A stretch of 64,000 bases of DNA from Dipteris shenzhenensis (Eukaryota): NCBI GenBank assembly GCA_047967505.1, contig CM106538.1; one strand, written 5' to 3'. Below, in pieces: positions 37,281-47,800 of the stretch (positions are counted from its first letter, which is position 1; each line of letters begins with the position of its first letter). The notes below the pieces were generated by a model. That model saw only the letters and a list, made by a program, of their open reading frames with translations, made no database searches and had not been told where the DNA came from. Made by a program: the position numbers and the translations under genes.

Positions 37281-38430
37281 ATGGCGTGAGTGAATAACAC
37301 TACTAGACCCACAGGATGCCGCCTCCACCCTTCCTCCTCCAGCTCCACCACCTCCATGGCATCTGCACACATGAACCTCTCTAGCTCCGGTGGTACCTCG
37401 TCTAACTCTCGTGAGCCCTGGACCCAACTCTCGTGAGCTCCCTCGACTCTCATGAGCCCTCCCCCAACTCCCAAGAGTGTGATCCTTCCCCTAGGTCTCG
37501 TGAGCCCTCCCCCGACTCCTGTGAGCCCTCCCCCAAGTCTCGTGAGCCCTCCCTTAAGTCTCATGAGCCCACTCCCAAGTCTCGTGAGCCTTCTCCTCAG
37601 CATGATCCTTCCCCTCCCCATGAGCCCTCCCCCAAGTCCCAAGAGCATGTTCCCTCTCTCGACTCCTGTGAGCCTTCCCCAAATTCTCATCGGCCAACCC
37701 CCACCTCCCAGGAGGGCTCCCATGAGAGAACTCCCCCGAATGATAGGAATTTGGGCATTTTGGACTTTCCAGAATGCCCAAATTTGTGCCGTGGTGGGTT
37801 TAGGGAATTATGGGCTCCTCACGACATCTTGGACACTTTTGCCCATGGTTAAGGTGATAATATCTCCCTTGTGCTAATTGTTTGGGATGTGGATGGTTCC
37901 ATGCATATATTAAATAGAATGGTTTTGCAAAGTCATGGATAATATTATTAACTACGAAAGCTGGTTGAGAGGACATGGCAAAGCATCTTTATCCCACTTT
38001 TCCTCATTGGTGTCATGATATGCATTTTTGGTTCATGTATATGAGTCTCTCAATCCTTCCATTATAGAATATTATGTCTTGATTAATGTGGAAATAGAGG
38101 CAAATGGTTGTCACACCACCCTTCCTCACCTTGAGCAATTGGAAGACTTGTTTATTGATGAGACATTGGCTAGAGAATGAAGCTATAAGAGCAAGGAAAG
38201 AACATATATATAGTGACCCTCCTCTCATGTATATGCCACCATTCTCTCTAACTAAACTATAAAGGCTCTTTCTGTGCCCTCGTGGATTAATCTCTCTTTT
38301 CCTATGTCTCCCTCCATTCACCGTTCTCCCCATGTGTATACTTCGTTCCCACTCCTTGCCTTTCTATTGACTCCCTCTAGACCTTCCACCTCACTGATGC
38401 ACTTATATAGACTACTAGTGGAAACATGGT
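37281..38430 (+). pseudogene. Degenerate unknown ORF with a 21-bp S(R/H)EPSP(K) repeat region
   Basis: About 12 copies of a 21-nt repeat at 37407-37725. Followed by coding-like sequence with stops (GFRELWAPHDILDTF, CANCLGCGWFH, INYESWLRG). Confidence 0.35.
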
Positions 38431-38910
38431 GAGGTGCGAGGATTGGTTGCAAAGCACGTGCACGTGTGCGCGTGTGCATGCGCGCACACACACACACAAA
38501 CATACCCTTAGCCCAATAGTGTATCAAAACAAGACTCTCATCAATGCTTCTTTCAAAGGAGAAATAGACACTCTACTAACATTAGCTCATCGATGTGCAA
38601 TTCTACTCTACATAAGACTTTCACACTCACTTCTTCCTAGAAAGACCTAATTTTAAAAATGTGATAAAACTCCCATCTACAATTTCGATTACATCCTTCA
38701 AAACAAGATGAAGTGCATTCATGAGGCCTTGCCACTAATGGATCGAAGCTCTGAAGACACTCATGAACTCCGCGCATGATAGCAAATATATAGGCCTGCC
38801 CAAGAATCAATGGAAACATCAAAGATCTGAATTACAAACATCCACTAAACTAAGGAGAACAATTACTAAGACCTTACGCACCACGGCAATAGGAAGACAA
38901 AGTTCTCTTA

Positions 38911-39708
38911 CTACACGTGGTGAGAGTATCGATCTCCCCACAGCATAGTCTGCCCCTGGCTGAATGAATGAGCTTTGTCCCCTTCATAGAACGATGCATC
39001 TCCATCCACCTGCACAACACCTTGCTGATTCATGGATGATTTGTACGTCGAACTTGGATCCGATTCTGATATCGAATTGGCGCTAGGATACATTTGCTGT
39101 AACGCCTCATCTAGCCCAGCAAAGTCCTCAGGCTTGAAACTCAGTTTATGGTCGAGGACACAGCTAGAAGCAGTGCTAGATGAATTGGTACTACTGCTTA
39201 AAGCAGTGCGAGCTGAATTAGTGCTGAGCCCAGTCAAGTTTCCAGCGTTGGATATCACTTCGTCCTTGTGGGGGACACAGCAAGAAGCAGAGCCAGCTGA
39301 ATTGATGACAGAAGCAGCGCTTGCTGTAGCATCGCTGAGCTTGCTGAAAATACTGTCGTACGATGTACCTTCAGCTCGTGCAGCTCTTTGCACAAACTTG
39401 GGCGAGAGCTCCGAATGCTGCGGGAATGCAATTTGTAGGGGTAAATGGGGAAAATTGAGCCGAGCAGACGGTCCTCGGAGGTATAGCAAAGCAGTATCGT
39501 AAGCACGAGCAGCTGCTTCCGGTGTGAAATAAGAGCCCAACCATAACCGAGATCTCGTGCCAGGCACACGAATCTCAGATACCCACTTACCCCAAGCACG
39601 CTTACGCACCCCACGGTACGCAGCATTTCTTTGCTTTCTTGCTGGCGATTGACGCTGTAGAAGATCGTCCTGACGAGTCGTCGACGGGAAGCCCGCCGTC
39701 TGTTCCAT
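38911..39708 (-). CDS. AP2/ERF transcription factor, DREB A-5 (ERF group II)-like, intronless, 265 aa
   Basis: Complete AP2 domain [49 protein letters not shown]...LNFP with Val14, then an LSPK..Q.AA motif. Intact ORF in a CpG-retaining region. Confidence 0.95.
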   Translation of the reverse strand: MEQTAGFPSTTRQDDLLQRQSPARKQRNAAYRGVRKRAWGKWVSEIRVPGTRSRLWLGSYFTPEAAARAYDTALLYLRGPSARLNFPHLPLQIAFPQHSELSPKFVQRAARAEGTSYDSIFSKLSDATASAASVINSAGSASCCVPHKDEVISNAGNLTGLSTNSARTALSSSTNSSSTASSCVLDHKLSFKPEDFAGLDEALQQMYPSANSISESDPSSTYKSSMNQQGVVQVDGDASFYEGDKAHSFSQGQTMLWGDRYSHHV

Positions 39709-41689
39709 GCGTATTTACTGTTAACGAGCCAATCGAAACGATGGGAAGTTGCAGAGGCTTAAAATATTTGTATGTATGGAAAAGTTGCAGTAGCGGCCGT
39801 GCGGCAGTCTAGTCGTGCAAAGAGCCGGGCTTGAAAGTTGACACGAAACTGTCTCTCGAGTAATTTGATCTTGCAGCTTCTAGATTCTCCCGACTTCCCG
39901 AACATTCTAGAAGCATACGGGATTGTCGTGGGCTTGGTACTGGAAATGCTACGCAGATAGGCATGACAGCGGGACGAGATCGATTTTACAAACATAAGAT
40001 TTCTGTTGAGTAATTCAAATTTTCACGGGAGCGAGTTTCTAATCTCGTCCTGCTCATCACTGTTGCGATTCGTGGTCTTCAGAGGAAACGCGTCCCCGTG
40101 TACGTTTTAAAGACCTAGTTTCAGTGAAGGATAAGGCTCTCTAAGCCTCTCCTAGTGTCAGGACTCGAGAGTTTACTAGCCTGGAGAATAGGAAGGTTCC
40201 AGGGAGTTGCAAGCTCGGAGAATCACGACGAAACATTTTCTTTTGGCCTCAAAGGTCATTGGAATTTGGCCCACAAGATTTTTTCTCGCTTGCGTTAAAA
40301 AGGCATTTATGGGAGCATGCAACCAGGGACAAAATTTGACAAGGATATCTATGTCATTAGGCCTTTTTTGTGTCAATTACACATTGATTTAGAATTTCTT
40401 TGTCAAATGACAATGCAAAATAGCTTTTGTCATTTTCACATGAAAAACTTCAATCTATTTTAATTGTCAAATGAAAAACTGGTTTTTAAAAAAAAAATTC
40501 ATATGTTTAGATGAAATCCGGATTCAGATCTTAGGGAATCCAAAGAGCATGAATGGTTTTAGGTGGTGGCTCGTGTGACTCAAGGAAGGATACACGATTA
40601 GTAATAAGTGGGGGGATTTGTGTCTACGTCGCCTCTGGTGTGATGGGTTTATTAATGGAGGTTTAATGTTGCGCTAATCACTCGTCCAAATCGAGCGCCA
40701 CTTTTCCTCCTGGTTTTGTTCACGAACGAGAGGAATCGAGAATCTGGCTGGCATTTTTCCTCCAAAGGGTTGTTCATGAATGAGAACTTAGAAGCATCGG
40801 CGATTCAGCTGCGCAATCTACTTGCTTTGGCTCTTTTCCTCCAAATTCCAATGGTTGTTCATGAATGAGCTGAAGCATCGGCGGCTGAATTTGCGTTCGT
40901 AACTTCGTTGTCAAAGGGGACTCGGCGATTTTGGTGGGCACTGGGAGTCTGGGACTCGGAAGTTCTGTCGTGGTGTTTTGCCTGCCGCTACCTACATATC
41001 GTCCAGCCTCATGAGTCCTGAGTCCTCTACCATTTCATCCTCTTCCCCAAAACCACCCAACTCCTCTACTGTTTGTAGCTCCCTCCCCTCGTGGCTTCCA
41101 AGTTCCTTCCCCTCGCTGGCGGCTGATCCCGCTTGCTTCCATCTTCCCTCAAGCTGAGGGCCATACATACATCAACGTAAGCTCGTTCTTCGTTCTTGTT
41201 TTCTCCACAAAGTTTGAGGTGAGAACTTAGAAGCTACTGCGCTTCCAACGAAGATGAAGCTGCTGTGCATCGCATCCGTCGCTTGCCCTCCTTGTGGCAA
41301 CCTCTCCGTCCCTTAACCCCCTCAGCACCTCCCCCTCCTGTGGTCACCCCCTCTTCCCCATCACTTGTTCCCCCCATCACTCCCTCCTCGTCTCTGCTCT
41401 CTCTGGCTCGTACCCCATCCGCAGCTTCGACGGCCGACCCTCCCCCTCGCTCCTTCATCGTCTCGACTCTCCACTGGCTCCTTCTTGGGTAACTCGTGGG
41501 TCGTGACTCCCTCTATGGGAACTTCTCCTTGAACCTCTCCGGAGTCCGGACCTTTCTTCGTCTCCCCTAATAATTCTGTCATGTATGTTAATGCCTCCAA
41601 TCTGCTGCGTCGCTCCCTCGTCCAGTGCTCTCCCCTTAGCCCTTGCGCCCAGGCCCTCACTGTTCTCCCGCAGGAGAGCTGCAAGAAGC

Positions 41690-41890
41690 TGCTGTGTTGC
41701 TCTCACCAACAGACCTATCGTCTTCAAGTATAGCTTTCCTCTCGAGACGGCTTATATCAGCGTGGTGAACTTGCTGAGCGGGACCCCAACATCCACCTGG
41801 AACTACGGTCTTCAGCTGGGATGGAACATACCGCCGGAACCTCCGTGCTCCACTCAGTCTGATTGCAGTAGTAATTCGACCTGCTCCGTT
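41690..41890 (+). pseudogene. Captured fragment of a WAK-like receptor kinase ectodomain
   Basis: AYISVVNL...P.STWNYGLQLGWNIPPEPPCSTQSDCSSNSTC resembles the Cys-rich WAK-like (WAKL15/20-type) ectodomain as recalled. Confidence 0.55.
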
Positions 41891-42199
41891 AGCTCGAATG
41901 GAGCCAGCAAGCCTCCAACCGCCATAGCCATCCTGGTCTGCAAGAGCGAGAAGGTAACGCAGGGGTTATGTGACTCCTCTCCTACATCTTTTTCTGTTAA
42001 TCCGCCTCTCTTTCTTCCTACAGTCTACTCCTCCTCCCTTTGTAGCGGAAGCTCAGCTAGCTGCCCATCTCCGTCTGCTTTTCTCGATGTTTAGTCAGTC
42101 GAATCTTGGATGCAGAAACGGTATGGATGTCGAGCGATAATGTTGACTCTGGAGACAGTAGCTGCAGTCCCTGGAATGGTGGACCGTGGGACTCGAGAT

Positions 42200-42258
42200 G
42201 CCTACATCACCGTAATCTTGTTACACTCAGGGGCTTCTGCATCACTAAAACTGAAAGG
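42200..42258 (+). pseudogene. Captured receptor-like kinase exon fragment (subdomains III-IV)
   Basis: LHHRNLVTLRGFCITKTER, ending at a GT donor (aag|gtac). Confidence 0.65.
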
Positions 42259-42357
42259 TACACGCAGATTCCCCTTGAATGCCTTGAAAGACTGTCGTCG
42301 CCCTCGTCCAAGAAAATTCCCTGTATAGTTGGGCTCAGGGATGCTATGAATTTGGGA

Positions 42358-42430
42358 ACCGGAGTGATTTCTTTTGCATGATTACCGGAGTGATTTCTTT
42401 TGCATGATTACCAGAGTGATTTCTTTTGCT
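42358..42430. repeat. 26-bp tandem repeat, ~3 copies
   Basis: accggagtgatttcttttgcatgatt repeated. Confidence 0.9.
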
Positions 42431-42535
42431 TCTTAATGCAATTACTTGTTTCTCTTTTGTGGAGTCGCAACAGTGTGTTTTGATGCAGTTTTATATTTTT
42501 CTCTGTAGGTGTTGGTTGCTTTCGAATTTATTGTT

Positions 42536-44839
42536 ATGGAAGGTTCAAGCAGTGCTAGAAGTGTTAATAAGAAAGGAAAGGGGCGTGATTTATTATCTTT
42601 TTTCAATAAAGTAGGTGATGAGACCCATGGTGAGCAGCCGCAAAAACATAGGGAGTTGTATGCAGATTTGTTTGGAGATGAGGATCATGATGACAGTATG
42701 GATGGGATGCAAGAATTTGAGGGACACAATGATGTAACACAACAGAGAGAGGGGATGATAGTTAGGAGGTATCAAAGTCAATGGCGCTTGCAATACCCTT
42801 GGGCATACAAGGTGCAAGTAGGGGAGAAGGTATTAGTGAAGTGTGAATATTGTACAAAGTTTACAAAAGAAAATGTGTATGCTAAGGAAGGAGCACAATC
42901 ACTGCAGTTAAGTGCATTAAAGGCACATTCTAAATCAGAGCAGCATCAAAATGCAGAGATACGCTTTCGAGATTGGAAAGATCGAGAAAGAAGTCCAATA
43001 AGGGAACGATTTGATGCATTGCATGATAAAGCAAGGGAGCAAATTATATGTCTCATGAAGTGTGTTTATTTCTGCTCTTGTTTCAATATTCCATTGGAGA
43101 AGTATCCACATCTAGTCCAGTTTAATCGTTACATGGAAATGCCAAATATTTCATTAATGGATGAATATGCTTCTTATGTAAATCCAGTTTCAGCTAGAGA
43201 ATTTCTGATGGCACTTCGGAATTACTTTCGAGAACTATTAAGTGCAGAAATGCTGTCTAGTTCTTTCTTTTCTGTCATGGTTGATGAAAGTACAGATCGC
43301 ACATTAGAGAAGCACTTGATCATTTATATCACATATTTAAAGGAGAATAAGCAGGTCACAAAGTTTACACGCTTGGTGTTTCTGTCCGATGGTGATGCTG
43401 AATCTGTATTTCAAGCAATGATGAAGTTCTTGGAGGAAGTGAAGCTTGACATGAAGAGAATGGTTTCTATTGCTACCGATGGTGCTAGTGTGATGACAGG
43501 ATCGAATATAGGAGTTGTTACACGCTTTCAAAGTATTCTTCCTAGGCTATTGGCCACACACTGTATAGCTCATCGGGAAGCTTTAGCTATAAAGGATGCA
43601 AGCAAATGCTTTTGGCAAATGGATGTGGTTGATAAGCTGGCTGCAAGTGTTTACACATGGTTAGGCAAGTCAACTAAGCGTCACAATGAATTCAAAGAGT
43701 TGTTGGATGCCTTTGAGATTGTTGAGTTAAAAGCACTTCGATACCATGATGTTAGATGGTTATCTAGAGGTCAAGTGATGAAGAGGCTTGTTGAGCTTAT
43801 GCCTGCAATTCTGGAAATTTGGAAAGTTCAGAATTTAAAAGGCTATCAGACAGCCACTATATTCCAAGTGCAATTTCTTATTAACCTTCTTGCAGATGTG
43901 CTGGAATTATTGAACATCCTGAGTAAGAACCTTCAACATGAAGTAGTTGATCTTACAGAAATAGGACGCAAGCTGGACAACACCATTAATACTTTGAAGA
44001 AGATGTTTTTACGCCATAACAAGCCTTTTGGAAAGGGGAGTACATATGTAGCTCCTTTTTTGAAAATGGCAATTACAGGTGGTTTGAAATTTACAAAAAA
44101 TGATGCAATCAGAATTTTTAATTTAAGGTTTGTTCCAATCCCTAGAAAGCAAGAGAATGCCTCAACCTCTACTCAAGGAGAGCAGCAGCAAGAAGATGGT
44201 ATCCTATTGCAGCATAGTGTGCCTTCTCAACATGATGATAATAATACGGGAAGCATAGATGATAGTATATTGTTGGGGAGAACATTTGTACAGGCTGTAA
44301 TTGATGCATTGAATAGCAGATTTACAGATTTGGGTACTTTTAATGCTGTTAAGTTCTTTGAGCCCAGAAGTTATCCAGAGGATGTGGATGATAGAGAATC
44401 AAAGACTCAAGAATGGCTTGGAAAGCTACTTGAAAAATTCTGCAGCGGTTACCACCCAGTTGCAAAGAAAGAGTTGTGCCTTAGTGAGCGAGAGGACTTT
44501 GTGGAGCAGCTATATGCAGCAGGGTCTGATAAACGGATGCCAAAAGCATGGGAATTTTGTGTGTCCAGTGGGGGGGATGAATGGTTTTTGCAGTTTCTAG
44601 AGTTGATGCGACTATGGCAAGCCATATGGGTTATTCCAGCAAGTACAGCAGAGTGTGAAAGAGGCTTTTCAAGACAAAATAAAATCAAAACTATAGATAG
44701 AAGTAATCTAGTGTTGGAAACATTAGATGCTCATATGATGCTTGTTTCAAACCAAGTCGATCCTTCCAATGTATCTTGGTCTAGAGTTTTGGATATATGG
44801 GAAAATGAGCAAGGAAAGAGTAGAAAAATAAAGATGTGA
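42536..44839 (+). CDS. hAT transposase (ZNF862-like), intact, ~767 aa
   Basis: Zn finger CEYC...H..SEQH. Catalytic motifs MVDEST, ATDGAS, HCIAHR, VRWLS and STAECERGFS. Splice acceptor at 42508 precedes ATG 42536. No stops. Confidence 0.93.
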   Translation: MEGSSSARSVNKKGKGRDLLSFFNKVGDETHGEQPQKHRELYADLFGDEDHDDSMDGMQEFEGHNDVTQQREGMIVRRYQSQWRLQYPWAYKVQVGEKVLVKCEYCTKFTKENVYAKEGAQSLQLSALKAHSKSEQHQNAEIRFRDWKDRERSPIRERFDALHDKAREQIICLMKCVYFCSCFNIPLEKYPHLVQFNRYMEMPNISLMDEYASYVNPVSAREFLMALRNYFRELLSAEMLSSSFFSVMVDESTDRTLEKHLIIYITYLKENKQVTKFTRLVFLSDGDAESVFQAMMKFLEEVKLDMKRMVSIATDGASVMTGSNIGVVTRFQSILPRLLATHCIAHREALAIKDASKCFWQMDVVDKLAASVYTWLGKSTKRHNEFKELLDAFEIVELKALRYHDVRWLSRGQVMKRLVELMPAILEIWKVQNLKGYQTATIFQVQFLINLLADVLELLNILSKNLQHEVVDLTEIGRKLDNTINTLKKMFLRHNKPFGKGSTYVAPFLKMAITGGLKFTKNDAIRIFNLRFVPIPRKQENASTSTQGEQQQEDGILLQHSVPSQHDDNNTGSIDDSILLGRTFVQAVIDALNSRFTDLGTFNAVKFFEPRSYPEDVDDRESKTQEWLGKLLEKFCSGYHPVAKKELCLSEREDFVEQLYAAGSDKRMPKAWEFCVSSGGDEWFLQFLELMRLWQAIWVIPASTAECERGFSRQNKIKTIDRSNLVLETLDAHMMLVSNQVDPSNVSWSRVLDIWENEQGKSRKIKM

Positions 44840-47800
44840 ACAATTTTACTTCTATATTATTTGTTTAGTGCTTTTTCTATATATCACTTCTATATTATTT
44901 GCTAGTGCTTTTTCTAAACATTTCTTCAATGAAAGATTTATTTATGTGGATTTTTCATGAAATAATTTTTATTGTCAAATGAAAAATGGATATTCTATTT
45001 TGTTTTTCATGAGAAAAATTGGTGTATCAATTTATTTTTCAACTTACAAGTAGGGGAGTAGCTGAATTTTTGTCCCTGCATGCAACGAAGGGGACAAACA
45101 TGTTCGGAATTTCAAATCTGACGTTGGGAATGTGTGTATAAGATACTTACTGCATGCAGGGGGCGACTTGATTTCTTGGGAAGAAAGTTATGGCAAAAGG
45201 GAAAAAAGGCTCACGGAATTTTTAGATATATGGAAATCCGAATCAGTATGAAGTTCTCAACAAGGGTTTCTTCAAGTGTCAAGGGCCGGGCTCAGTAGGA
45301 AAACTGGTGAAACCGGTGGAAAAGGCACCTCAAGTCGCTATTAATTGGTGGAAAGGCCTCTTTGACCGACAGGTTTCTCAACTGTTGTTGTCTCCCTCGC
45401 CCGCAGCCCTTGACATTCGGGAAAGGGCCGAAGTTGGCGGAAGGCTCCCAGCTGCTGCCGGTCGCCTTCCCGCCTCCCTCGGCCCTTTCCCTCTAATCTT
45501 CAAGCTTCATATGAGATCGTCAAATTCATGCTGCACGCGCACAAATGTTACTCGCCTTTGGAATTCAAAACCTTTACGTTCGAAATTTACCAAATTTCTC
45601 AAATTCTTAATCCTTGTTGGCCTTCAAGGGTGTTAGGGAAGGTCGAATTTTTATGGTTGGGTTGTGAAAAGGGGATTTTGTGTGTTGGTGGTCAAGTTGA
45701 CTAGGTAATTAGTGGGACTCTTTGAGTTACTTATGGTTATTGGCCGGTTAGGGCTAGGAATGTTATTAGGTTTTGTTGCTGTTACCCTCTGCCTCTGTTT
45801 CCTTTGTTGTCACGTTCTCCCTCTCTTTACCATCTGTGCTTCCTCACCTTGCTCACCTTCCGTGTCTCTGTACCGTTGTGAGCTTCTTCGCTTCCTTACG
45901 CGCTCTGCTCTTACTTACCTTCTCCCTCTCCTTATGTGCTTTGACTCTCCTTACGTTCTCCCCTTCCTGACCCTCTCAGCTTCATATTCTCTCTCGTCGG
46001 ATCTTAGTCCATATCTCACTTGCCAGCTGCTCTACGATTCGTCAGGACGCAAGGAAGATGGTCGATGTAGCTTGTGTTGTATGCCATCGGCCAGTTTTAG
46101 AAAGAGGTTGATTTATGAGTCTGCATGCAAATTCTTGTTTATGTGGGTCTTGTGTTGTCCAGTTCTGACGGCGTGATAAGTGATTCTGAGCGGTTCCATT
46201 AGTTGTCTGCTTTTTCAGGCTTACTATTATAGTTCAGCATTTGAATCCCCAAGATTTTATGACATGCAAAGTTCTCCCTATTGTTGCATATCAGTGTTGC
46301 AGGAAATAAGGAAAGGCCTTCTAGAGAACCGTGGTCTCGTGTGTTGTCTATGATTGTATGGTTTGCCGACATCATGTGATTGTTGATTTCTTGCATGGAA
46401 GCGAGGTAGTGGAATTGTGTCTAGGATTATGTGGACAGGTAGCTGATTAAAGTCTCTATTATTATCATGATTTCCTTTCATCACAGTTTACCTATAAAAG
46501 GAGAGATGCAGATCATGAAATCATAAATGCAACTGCGAGTCACGAGCATTTTGACTTTGTGACTGTGAGGGCAAAGTGTTTGTACCTAGAACGAAAATCG
46601 TTGGTTAGTCATGGCCAGTGCCATGGATGTTTTTATCAAAGCTATTCTTATATATTAATATAAAATCATGGCAAAAGTATATCAAGCTAGTTTTTTTAGT
46701 TTCGTAATATTGATAGAACATAATAGACTTTTATATATTCTCTTTTGACTTTTAAAGTAAAAGATGTAAATCCTGGCAAAACTTTATTTTTTTTCTCATA
46801 AAAGTTTTGAATCTTGGTGAATATTTCAAATGTTTATTTTTATTAGGGCATAGAAACTTTCGACACCAATATAAAATTTTTGCTTGTTTATGAAACTCAC
46901 ATTAAAAGCCATCCATGGCAATGCTTGCAATATGGATATGGTGGAATCTCTAGGAGGTGATTTTCCATTTTGCTTGAATTGAATTTGTTATTGGTGTTGT
47001 GGGAGGGGATTTTCTGTTTTGCTTGAATTGAATCTATTACTGGTGTTGTCTTTCCTGTCTATTCTTGTGTATTGTATACTGTGTGAGAATTACAGTGTGT
47101 TAGTTCTGTAACTTTGGATGTATATCAATTTATTGTGTATTTGTGTTAGTTTTTTCGTCCGTCTTCATATGCAGATTCACATCATGAGTTGATTTTGAAT
47201 GCAGATCATGGGAAAAATAAATTGTCATTCAGTAATTGCGCCTTCACTTACTCTAGCCCCTTCCATTGAATCCCACACTTTGTGTAGCTTTCTCCACAAA
47301 GTAGGCTATGTACCTCATTGAACTCTCTGAAATGTCCTTCATAGGAGGCTCCTGTAGTGATATGCTCATTTTTGTGGATTTTATGTAAAGTAAGGACTGG
47401 CAGTGCTGCTACCTTGGTCTAGCCTCTATAGTGGTGTGTTGCACTATTGGTGTCTGAAATTGGTGGTGGAGTGCTATGCTTTCTTGTTCTTCTTCGCTAC
47501 TCTTTTGTAACGTTTTTGGTTTGGAGAAACTCTATAGAGTCTATCTTTTTCGGTAACTCCCCTCTTGCTAACTTGATGCTGTGCCCTCTCCTTTGCCTTG
47601 TGCTATTTGCTTTTGTTGTCCTTACGAGGGCTGGTTGCTGAAGCTCGACGCCCTCCACCTAAAGCTATCTTGGAGTCAATTCTGACCTTTTTATTGCTGC
47701 TCTTCATCCACAAGGGCTCGAGTCGGCTGGTTTTGGTGGCATGTTGCTCAATTGGGGGCCTGGAAGGGGATAGGTGCAAATAGTTTGGGTCGCCCCTCTT

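Larger units (their letters stand above)
40324..45078 (+). mobile_element. Complete autonomous-looking hAT transposon, 4755 bp
   Basis: TIR CAGGGACAAAA...TTTTGTCCCTG. Perfect 8-bp TSD CATGCAAC at 40316-40323 and 45079-45086. Subterminal tgtcaaatga repeats. Confidence 0.95.

Noticed and set aside
39032-39502. Antisense 156-aa ORF
   Set aside because: Shadow of the ERF coding sequence.
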